64,000 nucleotides of DNA from the human T2T-CHM13v2.0 reference genome, Homo sapiens, in assembly GCF_009914755.1 (NCBI RefSeq), contig NC_060928.1. The stretch is one strand, 5' to 3'. Positions 46,261 to 58,501 of this stretch are shown piece after piece. Positions within the stretch are counted from its first letter, which is position 1. Every line of letters starts with the position of its first letter. A program made the translations under genes and the position numbers. The notes under the pieces are model-generated. The model worked only from the letters and a program-made list of their open reading frames with translations, was not told the DNA's origin and searched no databases.

Positions 46261-46981
46261 AAAAAAACAAAAAAAAAGCAAGAAAGTGATTTAAAATATT
46301 CAAGACAGTGATTACCTCCAGCAGGGACAAGAAGAAAGGACTGAACACGGAACACCTTGGGCTTTGACAGTATTGGTAACATTCCTTTCCTAAACTCGGT
46401 GGCTTATTCACTGTACTGTACTTTAGACACACTTTACATACATGCTTTAATATACATCTAAAATACTCGAGATTTTTAAGAAAGAAAATAATTCCTTATA
46501 CACCGACATGTCAACAGTAGCTTGTCTGTGGTTAGGCTCTGGTTATTTTATTTTTATTATTTCTACTTTTCTGTTTTTTCCAATTTTTATAAAATCACCT
46601 GTATTTCTTGATAATTTTTTAAATACTAATTTTTACAAAGGAAAAATTTATCCCAATTCTCTACCTCAGTTGCCCATAAAACACTTTATATAAAACATAT
46701 TTTATAATCCAAAGGTAAAATTCTAAATAGTTATACAATAATTGATGGGTAAATTAAATTATTAACAAATTATGAATAAACTTTTTAGAATGGATATGTT
46801 CTATAGCTTGATTGTGCTGATAGTAAAAGAGATACCGGTATTTATCAAAACTCACTTAATTGGACACTTAAAATGAATGTATCTTATCAGATGTAAATTA
46901 CACCTTAATAAAGTTGATTTTAAAAACTATTATTGCATATACATTAGAAGCAATTAGATAAGAACACTTTACATACAGTAC

Positions 46982-47097
46982 CTACAAATTCCACAGTTTT
47001 CACAGTGATACTGCTTCTTATCTTTGTCAAACAAATGGCATATATCGCAATAATATTCTCCAAACAATGTGCTACATTCTTCACAAGTCTGTTGGGC
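46982..47097 (-). CDS. RCHY1: RCHY1 exon 3
   Basis: ttttag|...|gtactg; 116 nt encoding AQQTCEECSTLFGEYYCDICHLFDKDKKQYHCENCGIC(R). Confidence 0.97.
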
Positions 47098-47338
47098 CTA
47101 AAAAAGAAACATAATTAAAAACTGCAATAAACTAAACATTTTGAGTTACCATTTGAATATCTAGAACTTATGTTCAACTATATGCAGTTTATTTTTATAA
47201 GTTTTGAAACACCTAAACCAAAGATATTGCTTATTCTAGAAGTTAAAGAAATCTTATTTATGATACTTTTGATTAAATTTTTTCAAACCACCTTAATACA
47301 GCTTTTAAAAAGAAAATAGAAATGTCATAAAATCTTAC

Positions 47339-47458
47339 ATGTTGAATTTTTTCACAGTTTATGCACTGCACTTCCTTCACTTTAAAGCGATCTAGTTGAT
47401 GATCTTCATTGTTATCATGACACAAGCGGCAAGTATAAAGCTTGTCACAGCAAGGTGC
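47339..47458 (-). CDS. RCHY1: RCHY1 exon 2
   Basis: tgttag|...|gtaaga; 120 nt encoding APCCDKLYTCRLCHDNNEDHQLDRFKVKEVQCINCEKIQH (CHY zinc finger). Confidence 0.97.
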
Positions 47459-47743
47459 CTAACACCCACGGAGAAAAAAGAGATATAGTAAGAAGCAAAA
47501 GAAACTAAGTGTGCAATACAAAAAGAAAATTTCTTCCTCCTCCTCCTGGATGGAACTGAAAGATTACAACCAATAGATCAGTTGCTAAACTGATCCTAAA
47601 CATAACATTTCACTAGTTTCTTGGCATATTTTATGTTAATTCTTCCCTTCAACATCACTACGTCTGTATGAAGTTGAACACAACTTTAAAACAAAAGAAT
47701 TATGAAGGAAATCCCTAGATTGAAACACTAATCCCACAACACC

Positions 47744-48098
47744 TGATATGCTTTGGCTGTGTTCCCACCCAAATCTCAACTTGAAATGTATCTCCCAGAA
47801 TTCCCACGTGTTGTGGGAGGGACTTAGAAGGAGGTAACTGAATCATGGGGGCCAGACTCTCCCGTGCCATTCTCGTGATAATGAATAAAATCTCATGAGA
47901 TCTGATGGGTTTATCAGGAGTTTCCACTTTTGCTTCTTCCTCATTTTCTATTGCCACCACCATGTAAGAAGTGCCTTTTGTCTCCCGCCATGATTCTCAG
48001 GCCTCCCTAGCCATGTGGAACTGTAAGTCCAATTAAACCTCTTTTTCTTCCCAGTCTTGGGTATGTCTTTATCAGCAGTGTGAAAACAGACTAATATA
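47744..48098 (+). mobile_element. THE1-type MaLR solo LTR
   Basis: tgatatgctttggctgtgttcccacccaaatctc start, aaacagactaatata end; perfect 5-bp TSD ACACC. Confidence 0.92.
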
Positions 48099-48785
48099 AC
48101 ACCCCAATTTCATTCTGAGCCTAAACAGCAAACAGGCAACCTCTTCTTAGACATTTCCAGATAAATTCATTTACATTAAAAATAATAAAGATTATATTCT
48201 TATTTTACTAGCTTTTATTAATCATCAACCTCATATCTAATATTGCACAAAATGCAACAAATGTAAGAGACAGCCCTTGTTTTCAAACACGGCAAAGACT
48301 GCCAGTTGTCCACCAAAATCTATCCTCTCCTTCCTGGGCACAATTGTTCAGCTATATCAGACAGATGGCCACATGCCCTAAAACATGACAAAATGATACA
48401 ACAGAAAAATCTCATCCCTGGAGTGACCATGTGGAGCAAAGCCTCATCACCAACCTGCATCACTCGCCTTGGAATTGTTAAATGGAAAGAAATAAAACCT
48501 TTACTCTTTAATCTACATCACTGTTGGGTTTTTTCATTACAGCAACTTTACCATTACAAGTATATCAAGAGATTTCCAGGCCAGTGACTTTCCAATACAC
48601 TGTGACCTTGCAGATCCACTCATTTCTGAAGGCTTCCTATGCCTTGACTTACCATAACGTAGTTCATTCCTTAAAGATTTTAACACTTAACTGGCTTCCT
48701 TTTTCTGCAACTCTCAGTTCCTTAACTTTGTCATTTCCAATAACCTTGTCCTCCAACCCACTATTCTCATAGTTATACCGCAGAA

Positions 48786-50090
48786 CAGTAGTTCTCAAAT
48801 GGTTTGGTCTCAGGATCCCTTCACACTTTTTAAAATTACTGAGAATCCCAAAGAGCTTTGGTTTATGTGGATTTTATCTATTGACATATACCACATCATA
48901 AATTAAAAAGAATAGGTTTTTAAAATATTACTTCTTTTTAAAAGTAACAAACTCATTACTTGTTAACATAAATAACATGTTTTAATGAAAAATAACTATA
49001 TTTTTCCCCCCAAACAGCTGAATTCTTCTATCTGCTTATGCATTCAAACAGTTGTGGCTGAAGTACAAAAAGAAACTCTGGCCTCACACAAATATGTACA
49101 CTGGAAAAGAAAGGAGTATTTTAATAGCCTTTTTGGAGAATTATGGATATCATTCTCTGATATTACACTAGAACAACAACTCTTAAAGGGTAGTTGCAAC
49201 ATGAAATCTGAAATCGTATCAAGGAATATGATTGATATGATGCCTCTTTTCTTCCTTGGTTACATTAAAATCTATTGCTCTATCTTGCACTTCAAATGGA
49301 TGTTTTACTCATGCATTGGTCATCTGGAGAATACCAGTTCAGTGAGTTATTTACATCTTCTAAATGTTCACACATTTAACATGCAATATCAAAAAATCAT
49401 ATTCATTAAAAGTCTTTAGGTATTGAAGAAAATCTCACCAAAAAAAGTCTTTTAAAAAGCTTCCAACCTCACAAAAGCTAGTAAAAGTTTTCCAAAATTC
49501 TAATTTTTGTGTGAAAGCTTGAATTTTATCACTGGCAACAAATACTGTCATTTTCATTTGTAGTGAGTCTCACTTTTCTCCTTTTTGAGAAAATGTCTGC
49601 CAACTACCCAAATGTGAATGACTACAATTTTTTCAAGTAAAAAATGCTGTTCCATGAAAAAAAGCAACTAGTTCACTTTACAATCCAATTTGCACAAGAG
49701 CTTTTCCTCAAGACAACCCTCTAATTTCAGTTTGCAGAAGTGTTTGATCAAAACTTCCCATGTCATTGAACAGCATATTAAAAGATATATTCAAGGGTTG
49801 AGATTTGGTTAAAATTAACGATTTTACTGCTTTATCAACATTTTTAAGTGAAGCTGGCTTTTTAAAAAAACTATAGGTGTAGTATAGTTCAGTGCCACTG
49901 TCTTGATTCAAGCTAAGATACTAGCAATACTAAACAGTGCTTTTCCACCATCAATGCGTGTGTCAACAGACTGAAAAAAAAAAAAAACAAATATCTTAGT
50001 GTTCATAGAAAGTAGTTTTGGCCTTGCAGAGCCCCTGAAAGGACTTCAGGAATCCCCAGGGTTCCATTCACCACACTTTGAAAACCAATG
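48786..50090 (-). mobile_element. Charlie1a-like hAT DNA transposon
   Basis: TIRs CAGTAGTTCTCAAA / TTTGAAAACCAATG, 8-bp TSD ccgcagaa/ctacagaa, transposase-like remnant in minus ORF 49708..49911. Confidence 0.85.
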
Positions 50091-50099
50091 CTACAGAAC

Positions 50100-51055
50100 A
50101 ACGGCACCCTCTTTGCATCTCAATTCCAAGCATGAAATTCTCTAACCATTACCTCCTCCCTAACTTACTCCAAGTCTCCCCTTGCAACACCCTAGTTCCC
50201 TTCTCAGTTCCTCTACACTCATAGATAACAATCCCAACCCTAGTTAAATCCTATTTGACTTCTATCAGAAGCAGGTGAATATGGCTAGAGAAAAAGCATC
50301 ACCGTCCTTGCTGGTTCATATGAGGTGGACACTTACTACCACGTTTCCCTGGTCAATTCTCTCATTCTTCCAGAGTCTAAGACCTAAGATTTAGATGATC
50401 ATTTCACTTCTTCTCCTCTGGCTTTAAAACTCTAACAACTCTTCCTCCTTAACACTCTGCTGATGACCTTATTTCACTATAAAAACAGTAAACATACTTC
50501 CTGCTGACAGGCCTGAAAAGAACATCCTCCTATTATCTCTATTAACTTACTTGCAAATATACCTCATTCTCTGCCTTCCCTTAGGAAGAACTGACAGTCT
50601 ATGTTTCTAAGGCCAACTCCTTCACTTGTGCACTGGATTTCATCCCCTTTGGCTACTCAGGGACAATGCCCTTACAGTTTTCTCACTCTCTCCTGCATTA
50701 TAAAACGTTCTCACTCTATTGTATCATTTCCTAGAATATACAAACATGCTGTAATACTTCCTCTCTTAAAGAGGAAAAAATATGGTGCCAGATCTCCCAG
50801 CAACCACATCTTTTTTTTGCTCCCCTTTACAGCTAAACCCCAAGAATACCCTATAAGTGCTATTTTCAATTCCACTCCTCCCATTCTTTCCTAAATTCAC
50901 TCTAATCCTGATCTCTCCACTAAAACTCCTCTTGTCAAGATCACCAGTGACCTCTTCCTTGCCAAATCCAAAGGGCAATTCTCAGTTATCTTACTCAAAC
51001 AGCTGCATTTGACCCAGCTGACCACATCCTCCTTGAAATACTTCACTTGGCCTCT
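50100..51055 (+). mobile_element. L2 fragment
   Basis: L2 ORF2-like cttgtcaagatcaccagtgacctc...gccaaatccaaagggcaattctcag; pyrimidine-rich. Confidence 0.75.
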
Positions 51056-51064
51056 GGTATTTAA

Positions 51065-51090
51065 GGGGGGGGGGGGGGGGCGGGGGAAGG
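51065..51090 (+). repeat. Poly-G tract G16-C-G5-AA-GG
   Basis: Read directly from the sequence. Confidence 0.95.
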
Positions 51091-52360
51091 CAAAAACTGT
51101 TTGACACCTAGGGCGAAGTATCTTAGTGCTATGATACACAGATCTAATTGTGTGGTTTATGGGGGGCACCAAGATGTTAAATTCCGTTTTAGACCTCAAG
51201 TTTGAAAGAATAATAATACATCTCAGTAGAAATTGAATCATAAGGATAGCATTCAATTTCCTTACACAACACTTGGTGGATGACCAACATTTTTAAGGAG
51301 CTTCATCCAGTTCAGTGGAGCAATGTTCGTCAAGCCATGACCTATAGAAAAGAGTTTAGGATGCACGTACAGGCCTGAGACTTGAACTTGCTTCTAATAA
51401 TGAGGCAGTGACCAGCAAGGCTGACTTGTGAAGTGAAAGAACAAAAAATAATAATACTCAGATTGACGATGATAGTAACAGTCATGGTGGTATATATTTA
51501 CTACTCATTTACTTCAGGGAATGCGCCCTGTTAAACACTATACACGCCCTTTAGTATATAATCCTCATACACTTTTATGAAACAGGCGCGATCATCTCCA
51601 TTTTACATACGGGGTAGAGAGGAGCTAGCTAAAATCAGTTATTAAAGAGGAGAGCTAAGATTTGGGGATAGGGCGGTTGAGGTTCCAAAGCTCAAGTTTT
51701 CTAAGCAAAATTTTTGTACTGTTTCTTGCAAGGAAAATCAGGAAACTTCAATTGAATACGTGCCAATTTAAAAAAAAATACAGATTAAGAAGTTTTCTCA
51801 GAGTAACAATACATGCTTATTAGGCACTTTCCTATGCATAATTTCCTATTTAATGGCAATTACATGATTGTCTTCTTTTTTGGGACACACGTTTTCTCCT
51901 ACGTCTGAACATGTGCACTGCCTTTAACATGAAGCTGGCAGGCTATAAAACTTTACCACAGGAGCTGAAATCGTATTCGGGTTCTCCACTTGCTTATTTC
52001 CATTATCTCCACTTCCATTATTTCATCACACACCTGAACGGAAAACCCCAGTACAGGCCCGGGGCTGCCTCAGTCTACTTCGGCAGCAAAAGACGAATAA
52101 GCCCACTGGCAGAGACCACTGTGCAAGCCTAATCACTTCCCAAGAAGGGTTTTGCTTTAAAGGTACGAAGCAGGTAGGAAAGGTGGGGCTTATCGCCTTG
52201 CCAAAAACGTTCTCCTCAAGAAGAACCCAGTTCCAGGTGGAAAAGGTATCCTGAAAATCAGGTTAACCTCAAACTTAAATCCAAGCCTAACCACCTGCCC
52301 AGCCCGCCCCAGCCCAACCTGACGGAAGCTTGTCAGGGAAGAGTCCATAGAAGGCGTCAC

Positions 52361-52450
52361 CTTTAGGAGACATCCTCTGTCATAGTGCTCGCAGCCCCGC
52401 TGACCTCGCTCTTGACCGCTGGCGCCATCTTCCCGGGCCGTCGCCGCCAT
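52361..52450 (-). CDS. RCHY1: RCHY1 (Pirh2) exon 1 coding part; RING-H2/CHY E3 ubiquitin ligase
   Basis: GAGATGG Kozak context; MAATAREDGASGQERGQRGCEHYDRGCLLK then AAG|gtgacg donor. All nine exons sum to 786 nt (261 aa). Confidence 0.98.
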
Positions 52451-52619
52451 CTCCTCCACCTCCCCTCACATTCCACCGATCCTTCCCCCAGGATAAAAAC
52501 CACGCCCAGAGAAGCTGCGCCTCTCTAGCACACCCCTCCCAGCCCCAGCGGCCACTAGCGACAATATGGCTCCTAAGCACGTGACCCGGGGCAGACGGAT
52601 TTCCGGTTCCCGGGGCTAC

Positions 52620-52684
52620 GAGGCGGAAGCGAAGGCAGACGCAGTCTCCGTCGTTGACGTTAGTCGCAGTCTTCGCTGCTAACG
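52620..52684 (+). other. THAP6: THAP6 non-coding first exon (5' end approximate)
   Basis: Donor ACG|gtaata at 52685 within the CpG island, upstream of the acceptor at 53596; the TSS cannot be determined from sequence. Confidence 0.65.
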
Positions 52685-53616
52685 GTAATAACTCTTAGGT
52701 TGCCTGTTTTCCCCCAATCGCTACCCGCCCAAATCTCAGGGCGTAGTTCGGCGCGAGGTTGGCGGCAGCGGCGCGGAGACGCTGGTTGGCCCCAGAGGAA
52801 AGGACGCTCACTGGGCGCATCGTTACCTGTGACGGGTCCTCCCTCTCTCCCTCCGGTGGCGGGGAGCCTGGAGAAAGGGGCGGAGCTCGGCCCGGGCCCT
52901 GGGCTCAGCGGGTCCCGCGCGCTGCTCTTGGACGCCAGGGTGCTCGCTGGCACCTCGAAGTGCTTCTTGCTTCCTCCCTTTCCCGTTTACTTGCTGTTCT
53001 TTCAAAATATGTACTGACATTCACTATTGCCAGTCACCAGCTAAACCGTGAGGACAAAAAGTAAGGAAAAATAGACACACTCCACCATGACCTCATGGAA
53101 CTAACAAGACTGGTGGAGGAGGAAGACATTAATAAGAGCAATCACTGCAATAAATGTAAGATTACAACCTGGAGAAGTGCTAGGAAGAAGTGTGTGTCCT
53201 GTGAGAGCTAATATTAGAGCAGCTCTGACAATCTGAGTGTCAGTGAGGGAAGGCTTCCCTGGGGAAGCGATGCAAGCCGAGGGCTGAAAGATGGGTAGGA
53301 GTTAGTGTGCAAAAGGCTTTGTGGCACAAAGAACATGGTACCTGTTAGAAGGTGGAAGGAAAATGTACAAGCCAACAAAATTGAAATCATACTCGGGGTA
53401 CACAGCTAAATATGTTTCTCCTTATTAAAGAGTCAAGGCCCTGGAAAATGATGTAAGCAAAGCTGCAGGTGTTAGAAGAAGATATTTGTCTTTAGCTTTC
53501 TATCCTGATTTTGTGTTTCCTAAAACACCGGGAAAGGGAAAATATTCCCCTTCAGCTTTCCGGTTACTAACTCTTAACATTCTAATTTTCTTTCAGTTTT
53601 GTTATGAGTTGCTAAA

Positions 53617-53696
53617 ATGGTGAAATGCTGCTCCGCCATTGGATGTGCTTCTCGCTGCTTGCCAAATTCGAAGTTAAAAGGACTGACATTTCACGT
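53617..53696 (+). CDS. THAP6: THAP6 first coding exon (exon begins at 53597)
   Basis: tttcag| acceptor, AAAATGG Kozak, MVKCCSAIGCASRCLPNSKLKGLTFH(V), |gtaaga donor; THAP N-terminal C-x4-C. Confidence 0.96.
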
Positions 53697-54935
53697 GTAA
53701 GATTTTGCTGTAGTTAAGCCAAATACTTTGGCCATGTTATAAAAAGCAAAAGACAGTTCTACTTAAGTCTTCAATTTTGAACTTTAGTTCCCGAGTCCTT
53801 TTTAAATAACCTTTTTGTTAAATTTGAAGTGACAATGTGATACCTTTACATGTTTATAATTTAGTTTAAAAGTTTTAAGATATCAGAGACTTTAAGATAT
53901 CAGAGACTGGTTTACAAAAAATACCATAAGGCTAACTTTTGCTAATATTATTACTTTGTATTTTATCACACCGCCAAAGAAATTCAATGTTGTTTACATG
54001 TAGTTTACAATCTGAATGAAGGAGCTTTGCTCGAATATATTGCCCTCTCTATTTAGAAGTAGATCAAGCATAGGTTATAGAGAAAAAATACAAATTACAA
54101 GTTAAGACCAAGGGATCTTTAGCTGTGTTGCAAATAAATCAAAATGATTTTAGTTTCATATTTTAGCCATTCTCTTGACAGCCATGAAGGAGTAAGTGAA
54201 GGAGTAATAAGATTTAATAGTTGTTCACTTGTTAAAGGTTTATTTTGCTGCTTTTGTGCCAGGCACTGTCCTATGTGTTAGAGAAAGATCTCCTAGCTAT
54301 TTTGTTAGATATAATAAATCAAAACTGAGCATATATATCCTACCTTATTTTAGAAAAATTTGAACCAGCTTGAAAATTGAGTAAGATATGGCTATTAGGC
54401 CTTCATATCTCTCAAAATAGCTCTGATCTCCAGAACTCCACACTGCAGCTATTCTCTGCATTCATTCACTAAGCATCTGTAGACCTGCTATGTATTAAAT
54501 GCTGTACTAAGCAATTTTCTGGTGCTGACAGAAGAATGGAATTACAAGGGGCCCTTTTTATCGAGGATAAATTCTGGATATCATTTCAGATAGGAAAAGG
54601 CCCAAGTGATAATTCTTTTATCATCTATAGATGAATAAATACCTTCAATTGTGGATCTTACTATAAGATGCTAAATATCCATTGAAACTTTTCTTCCTTA
54701 TAATGTGAGAAAAAATGAAATGAGGGCCATATATCTGCAGCATGATTGGCAGAAAATCTGAATATTAAAACGGAAAGTAACAAAAGCATGAATTATGGTT
54801 TCCTAAATATTATAATTCTCAAGACTAATAAACTAGTTAACGAATCAATTTAGTCACAGTTGTATAAGGCAGCTTTAATTCAATTATATAGCAATAGTAT
54901 TTGATTTTAAAATATTTTTTGTATTTTTTTTCTAG

Positions 54936-55143
54936 ATTCCCCACAGATGAAAACATCAAAAGGAAATGGGTATTAGCAATGAAAAGACTTGATGTGAATG
55001 CAGCCGGCATTTGGGAGCCTAAAAAAGGAGATGTGTTGTGTTCGAGGCACTTTAAGAAGACAGATTTTGACAGAAGTGCTCCAAATATTAAACTGAAACC
55101 TGGAGTCATACCTTCTATCTTTGATTCTCCATATCACCTACAG
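54936..55143 (+). CDS. THAP6: THAP6 second coding exon (rest of the THAP zinc-finger domain)
   Basis: ttctag|...CAG|gtttgt; 208 nt with FP, W, LCSRHF and the AVPTIF-like box VIPSIF. Confidence 0.97.
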
Positions 55144-55185
55144 GTTTGTTTATGAGATACTGTTTACCATCATTGCTCACTTTTT

Positions 55186-55479
<294 letters not shown>

Positions 55480-56619
55480 ATTGCTCACTTTTTATGATAC
55501 TATTGAAGAACCTTCACCACTCTTGCTAACATTTTTATTGTTTGCTTATTCATTTGAAGTCTGTTCTTGAAGTTTTAAATTTGTAGACTGCATCTTCAAC
55601 TTTTGTAATGTGTAGTAGGAGTATTTTACCAGTAACCACTCATAAATATTTGTATATTACTAAGGTTTGATGAAGTGGGCTGACTTTAGGAATTAGCATA
55701 ACTGAAGATTTTTGTCTAAAAATGGAAGTTAACGTAAGAAGGTTGAACTGATGTTCCAAGTTGGCAGTCCTTAACACTGGGGCAGAAGTCAGGAGTAGAA
55801 CCACTAACAGGACTAAAGTACTTGTAAGAGCCACATACATGCAAGCATAAAGTCTAGGTAGGATCAAAAGGAAGAAAACCAAAAAAGAGATCTAAGAACA
55901 GGAGAAGAAAAGGTCAGGAAAAGAAAGAACAGTCAAATAAGTAAACGCTAATTGAATTCCATGTTTTTTCTGGGTAATATTCCCATGGGTTGGCTGCCTC
56001 ACCCTCAGTATCTCTCTTGACTTTGTATACCTGAAAGTGAATTTCTAGAACCTATAGACATTGATTGATTGATTCCAATGTGGAAAATTCAGGGAGAGCC
56101 TCCATTGAAAGGGATCTCCTTCCTGGCAACTAAAAACAAGAGAAGTAGCCAAAAGCGTACCCGCTCCCATGCAGTCCTGGTCACTTTCTGCAGTTGGTCA
56201 TATTGTAGAACCTGAGTGATCAGGTAGAGAATGCCTCACTTTCTTCGGTGCTAATAAATATACAGTATCTTGGGAAAGTTGGTCTAGGGCTTTTGTTTTT
56301 TTTCCTACCACCAAGGTGTCATCTAGCCGTAATGTTAAGGGGACCTTAAGAAATATGGGCATAATAAATCAAATAAACCATAAGTTACCAACTTTCAAAA
56401 ACTATTGATTTTCTTATAACAAATAAATTTTTCATTTTAGAAAATAAGATTATAGGAGCAAAAATAAAATAATCACATAATCCATAGATAATACTGTGAA
56501 CACTTTGATCTGTATCTTTGTAATTATCCGTAAATATGCATCTATACTTATATAGATAATCTTCTGGAAATAGAATTATACTGTATACCTTTTCCTTTAT
56601 TTGCTTTATTGGGTTTTTT

Positions 56620-56860
56620 AAAATAGTGTGTACTATGTGCCAGGCACTATTCCAAGTACTTTACATGTCTATTAACTCAGTCCTTGAAAGAACCATGTCA
56701 GGTAAATACTATTATTATTTTCATTTTATCACTTGAGAAAACTGAGGCCCAGAGAACTAGAATGCCCTTCCCAGGGTCACACCTCTATTAAATGGCAGAG
56801 GCTAGATTTGATCCCAGGCATTTTGACTTCAGAGTCTACTATTAACTACTACTCTCCATG
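56620..56860 (-). mobile_element. MIR SINE
   Basis: tactatgtgccaggcact...gagaaaactgaggcccagaga core. Confidence 0.75.
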
Positions 56861-57493
56861 ACATTAAATATTTTCCTACACCGTAGCTTTCAAACTTTAG
56901 TCTACGTAAGGATTATCCAGTGAGTTTGTTTAAAATACAGAATCCTACATCTTCCAGAGAATTAGATTCAGTAAATTGGAGTGTACTTTCTAAAAAAGCA
57001 TCCCAATCTGTTTGTGCTGCAGATCTATGGATCACATGTTTAAGAGAAACCTATGTAGAACATCACTTTTTTTTAACTAAACTTTATGTTGAAGTAAAAT
57101 ATATTTGTGGAAGAGTGCTTGTAAGTGTACAAATCAATGAGTTTTCACAAAGTGGGTACACTCATGTCACTCCCCTCAGACCAAGATATAAAACATTGCA
57201 AGTGACCCAGAAGCCTCCCTCACATGCTTTCCCAGTCACTACTGTCTTGACTTTATCACTGTCAATTATATACATGGAGTCCTGTCTACAGTATGTACTC
57301 TGGCTTCTTTAGCTCAACATCTTGTATGATTCATCCACATTGTAGCATGAGATACTGGTCCATTAATTTTCTTTGCTGTATGGTATTGCATTGTACAATT
57401 TCTTCATTCTACTATTGATAAATGTTTGGGTAGTTTTTCACACTGGGGTTATTATAAATTGTGCAGCTCTGAACATTTTGGGGCACATCTTTT

Positions 57494-58501
<1,008 letters not shown>

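Larger units (their letters stand above)
52300..52960. promoter_or_regulatory. CpG island and bidirectional promoter of RCHY1 and THAP6
   Basis: Only CpG-dense unique region in the window. E-box CACGTGAC at 52578, ETS-type TTCCGG at 52601 and CGGAAG at 52624, YY1-type CGCCATCTT at 52423 and CCGCCATCT over the RCHY1 ATG, CRE-like TGACGTTA at 52655. No obvious TATA box. Confidence 0.9.

Noticed and set aside
48985-49419. 144-aa ORF, the longest in the track, as a novel gene
   Set aside because: Antisense to a Charlie1a fossil, no recognisable domain, no splice or promoter support.
52190-52459. 89-aa single-exon ORF with a GTG start
   Set aside because: It is RCHY1 exon 1 read through the donor into intron 1; the real start is the ATG at 52450.
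52660-53064. Several ~100-aa ORFs on both strands in the CpG island
   Set aside because: Expected from stop-codon scarcity in GC-rich DNA; low-complexity products with mostly non-ATG starts.
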